From: an uncultured Gammaproteobacteria bacterium
GTDB taxonomy: Bacteria; Patescibacteriota; Patescibacteriia; Patescibacteriales; Patescibacteriaceae
DNA length: 64,000 bases
Reading direction: 5' to 3'
NCBI GenBank assembly: GCA_964545125.1
Contig: CAZJEP010000005.1
Coordinates: 1,447-65,446, forward strand
A model generated the notes under the pieces. It saw only the letters and a list, made by a program, of their open reading frames with translations, made no database searches and was not told the DNA's origin. The position numbers and the translations under genes were made by a program. Below, one piece after another: positions 63,118 to 64,000 of the stretch (positions are counted from its first letter, which is position 1; each line of letters opens with the position of its first letter).

Positions 63118-64000
63118 ATGAAAAAAATGTTTTCCAGTGTTCATCCTGATGTCGTTAAATTGGGCGTTGTTAGTTTTTTTACCGACCTTAGTTCCGAAGC
63201 CATCTTTTCCGTCTTTTCCGTCTTTTTTACCGTCATTGTTGGCGCCTCGGCTTCTCTCTTGGGCTTAATAGAAGGCTTGGCAGACTTTGCCGCCTCTTCT
63301 TTGGATTATTTTGCTGGTTGGCTGTCCGACAAATCAGGTCAAAGAAAACCCTTGGCTTTAACCGGTTACGGTTTTTCCACTTTGGCTAAATTAATGCTCC
63401 TGGTCGGCAGTTCGGTGGCCACCCTCGCCTCTTTTAGAATTATTGAACGTCTGGGCAAAAGTTTTCGTGGCGCCCCTCGAGATGCCTGGCTAGCTGACGT
63501 GGCCAAAGCAAACAACCGCGGTTATGCTTTTGGTCTGCACAAAGCCATGGACAAAGCCGGAGCCGTCATTGGTCCGCTACTCGCCTATGTTTTGCTTCTT
63601 AGATTCGGCCAAGGCCTCGGCACCTTTCAGCTTATTTTTGTTCTAGCTATTGTCGGCGCGGTTATCTCGGTCATAATTTTATCCTTAATGAAAGATCGTC
63701 CGGGAACACCGCACACCAGAGAAAATATTTTTAAAGCTTGGGGTGTTTTGAGCGCCAGCTTCAAAACTTATCTAATTCCGGCCGGCATTTTTTCTTTGGC
63801 TTACTTTAGTTTTGGTTTTCTTTTGTTGCGAGCCTACTCTCTCGGTTTTGCTATCAAAGATGTGGTTTTGTTGTATGCCTTGTTCAATATCTCTTTTGTG
63901 GTCGTATCTATTCCTGTGGGCAAGCTGGGCGATTTGATTGGGCGAAAGTATATCGTGATCTTAGGCTATTTGCTTTATATTATCATGTCCTTGGGTTTTG
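63118..64000 (+). CDS. MFS transporter, N-terminal part running off the window
   Basis: Open frame to the window end with multiple TM helices and the GWLSDKSGQRKP loop motif between TM2 and TM3. Confidence 0.75.
   Translation, partial: MKKMFSSVHPDVVKLGVVSFFTDLSSEAIFSVFSVFFTVIVGASASLLGLIEGLADFAASSLDYFAGWLSDKSGQRKPLALTGYGFSTLAKLMLLVGSSVATLASFRIIERLGKSFRGAPRDAWLADVAKANNRGYAFGLHKAMDKAGAVIGPLLAYVLLLRFGQGLGTFQLIFVLAIVGAVISVIILSLMKDRPGTPHTRENIFKAWGVLSASFKTYLIPAGIFSLAYFSFGFLLLRAYSLGFAIKDVVLLYALFNISFVVVSIPVGKLGDLIGRKYIVILGYLLYIIMSLGF

Noticed and set aside
62840-63121. 93-aa plus-strand ORF upstream of the MFS gene
   Set aside because: It uses an alternative start in an AT-rich divergent promoter region and has an implausible peptide. 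Only the 27-codon hydrophobic mini-ORF at 63027-63110 is kept, at low confidence.
1-64000. rRNA genes, tmRNA, RNase P RNA, riboswitches, group I/II introns, inteins, prophage genes and alternative genetic code
   Set aside because: I scanned the intergenic regions by eye and recognised no conserved cores. Long ORFs are intact under the standard code with TGA, TAA and TAG all used as stops, so there is no sign of code 25 or 4. These absences are by inspection only, not by covariance-model search.

Overview
This is an AT-rich bacterial chromosomal segment that uses the standard genetic code. It has many small genes, few recognisable Shine-Dalgarno sites and many orphan secreted or membrane proteins. 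From gene content I infer a Patescibacteria/CPR-like organism. Recognisable housekeeping genes are dnaX (fragment), corA-like, dus, cysS, recG, rsmA, leuS, xth, mutM, a PfkB kinase, an htrA-like protease, a DEAD-box helicase, galU and seven tRNAs. The main feature is a co-directional minus-strand array of about 25 kb (39.7 kb down to 14.7 kb). It runs rsmA-leuS-xth, then a thrombospondin-type-3-repeat protein, an 8.5 kb gene for a 2845-aa cysteine-rich secreted protein, a terminator, and a minimal type-IV-secretion-like gene set (VirB6-like, VirB3/PrgI-like, VirB4 ATPase and orphans), ending at comFC. No relaxase, coupling protein or integrase is present in the window. Four VirB2/TrbC-like pilin-hairpin paralogues lie at two other loci. 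Two of them are fused to Cys-rich or enzymatic domains. One four-gene pilin and peptidoglycan-hydrolase cassette sits between porA and porB of a dsbA-porG-porA...porB operon. Short GC-rich hairpin elements recur in intergenic DNA and, in frame, inside essential genes. The window also holds a YafQ/DinJ toxin-antitoxin pair, a four-helix-bundle pseudogene broken by a 19-bp tandem duplication, a GldFG-like ABC operon and a processive GT2 synthase locus. All family assignments come from motif recognition by eye and no searches were run.
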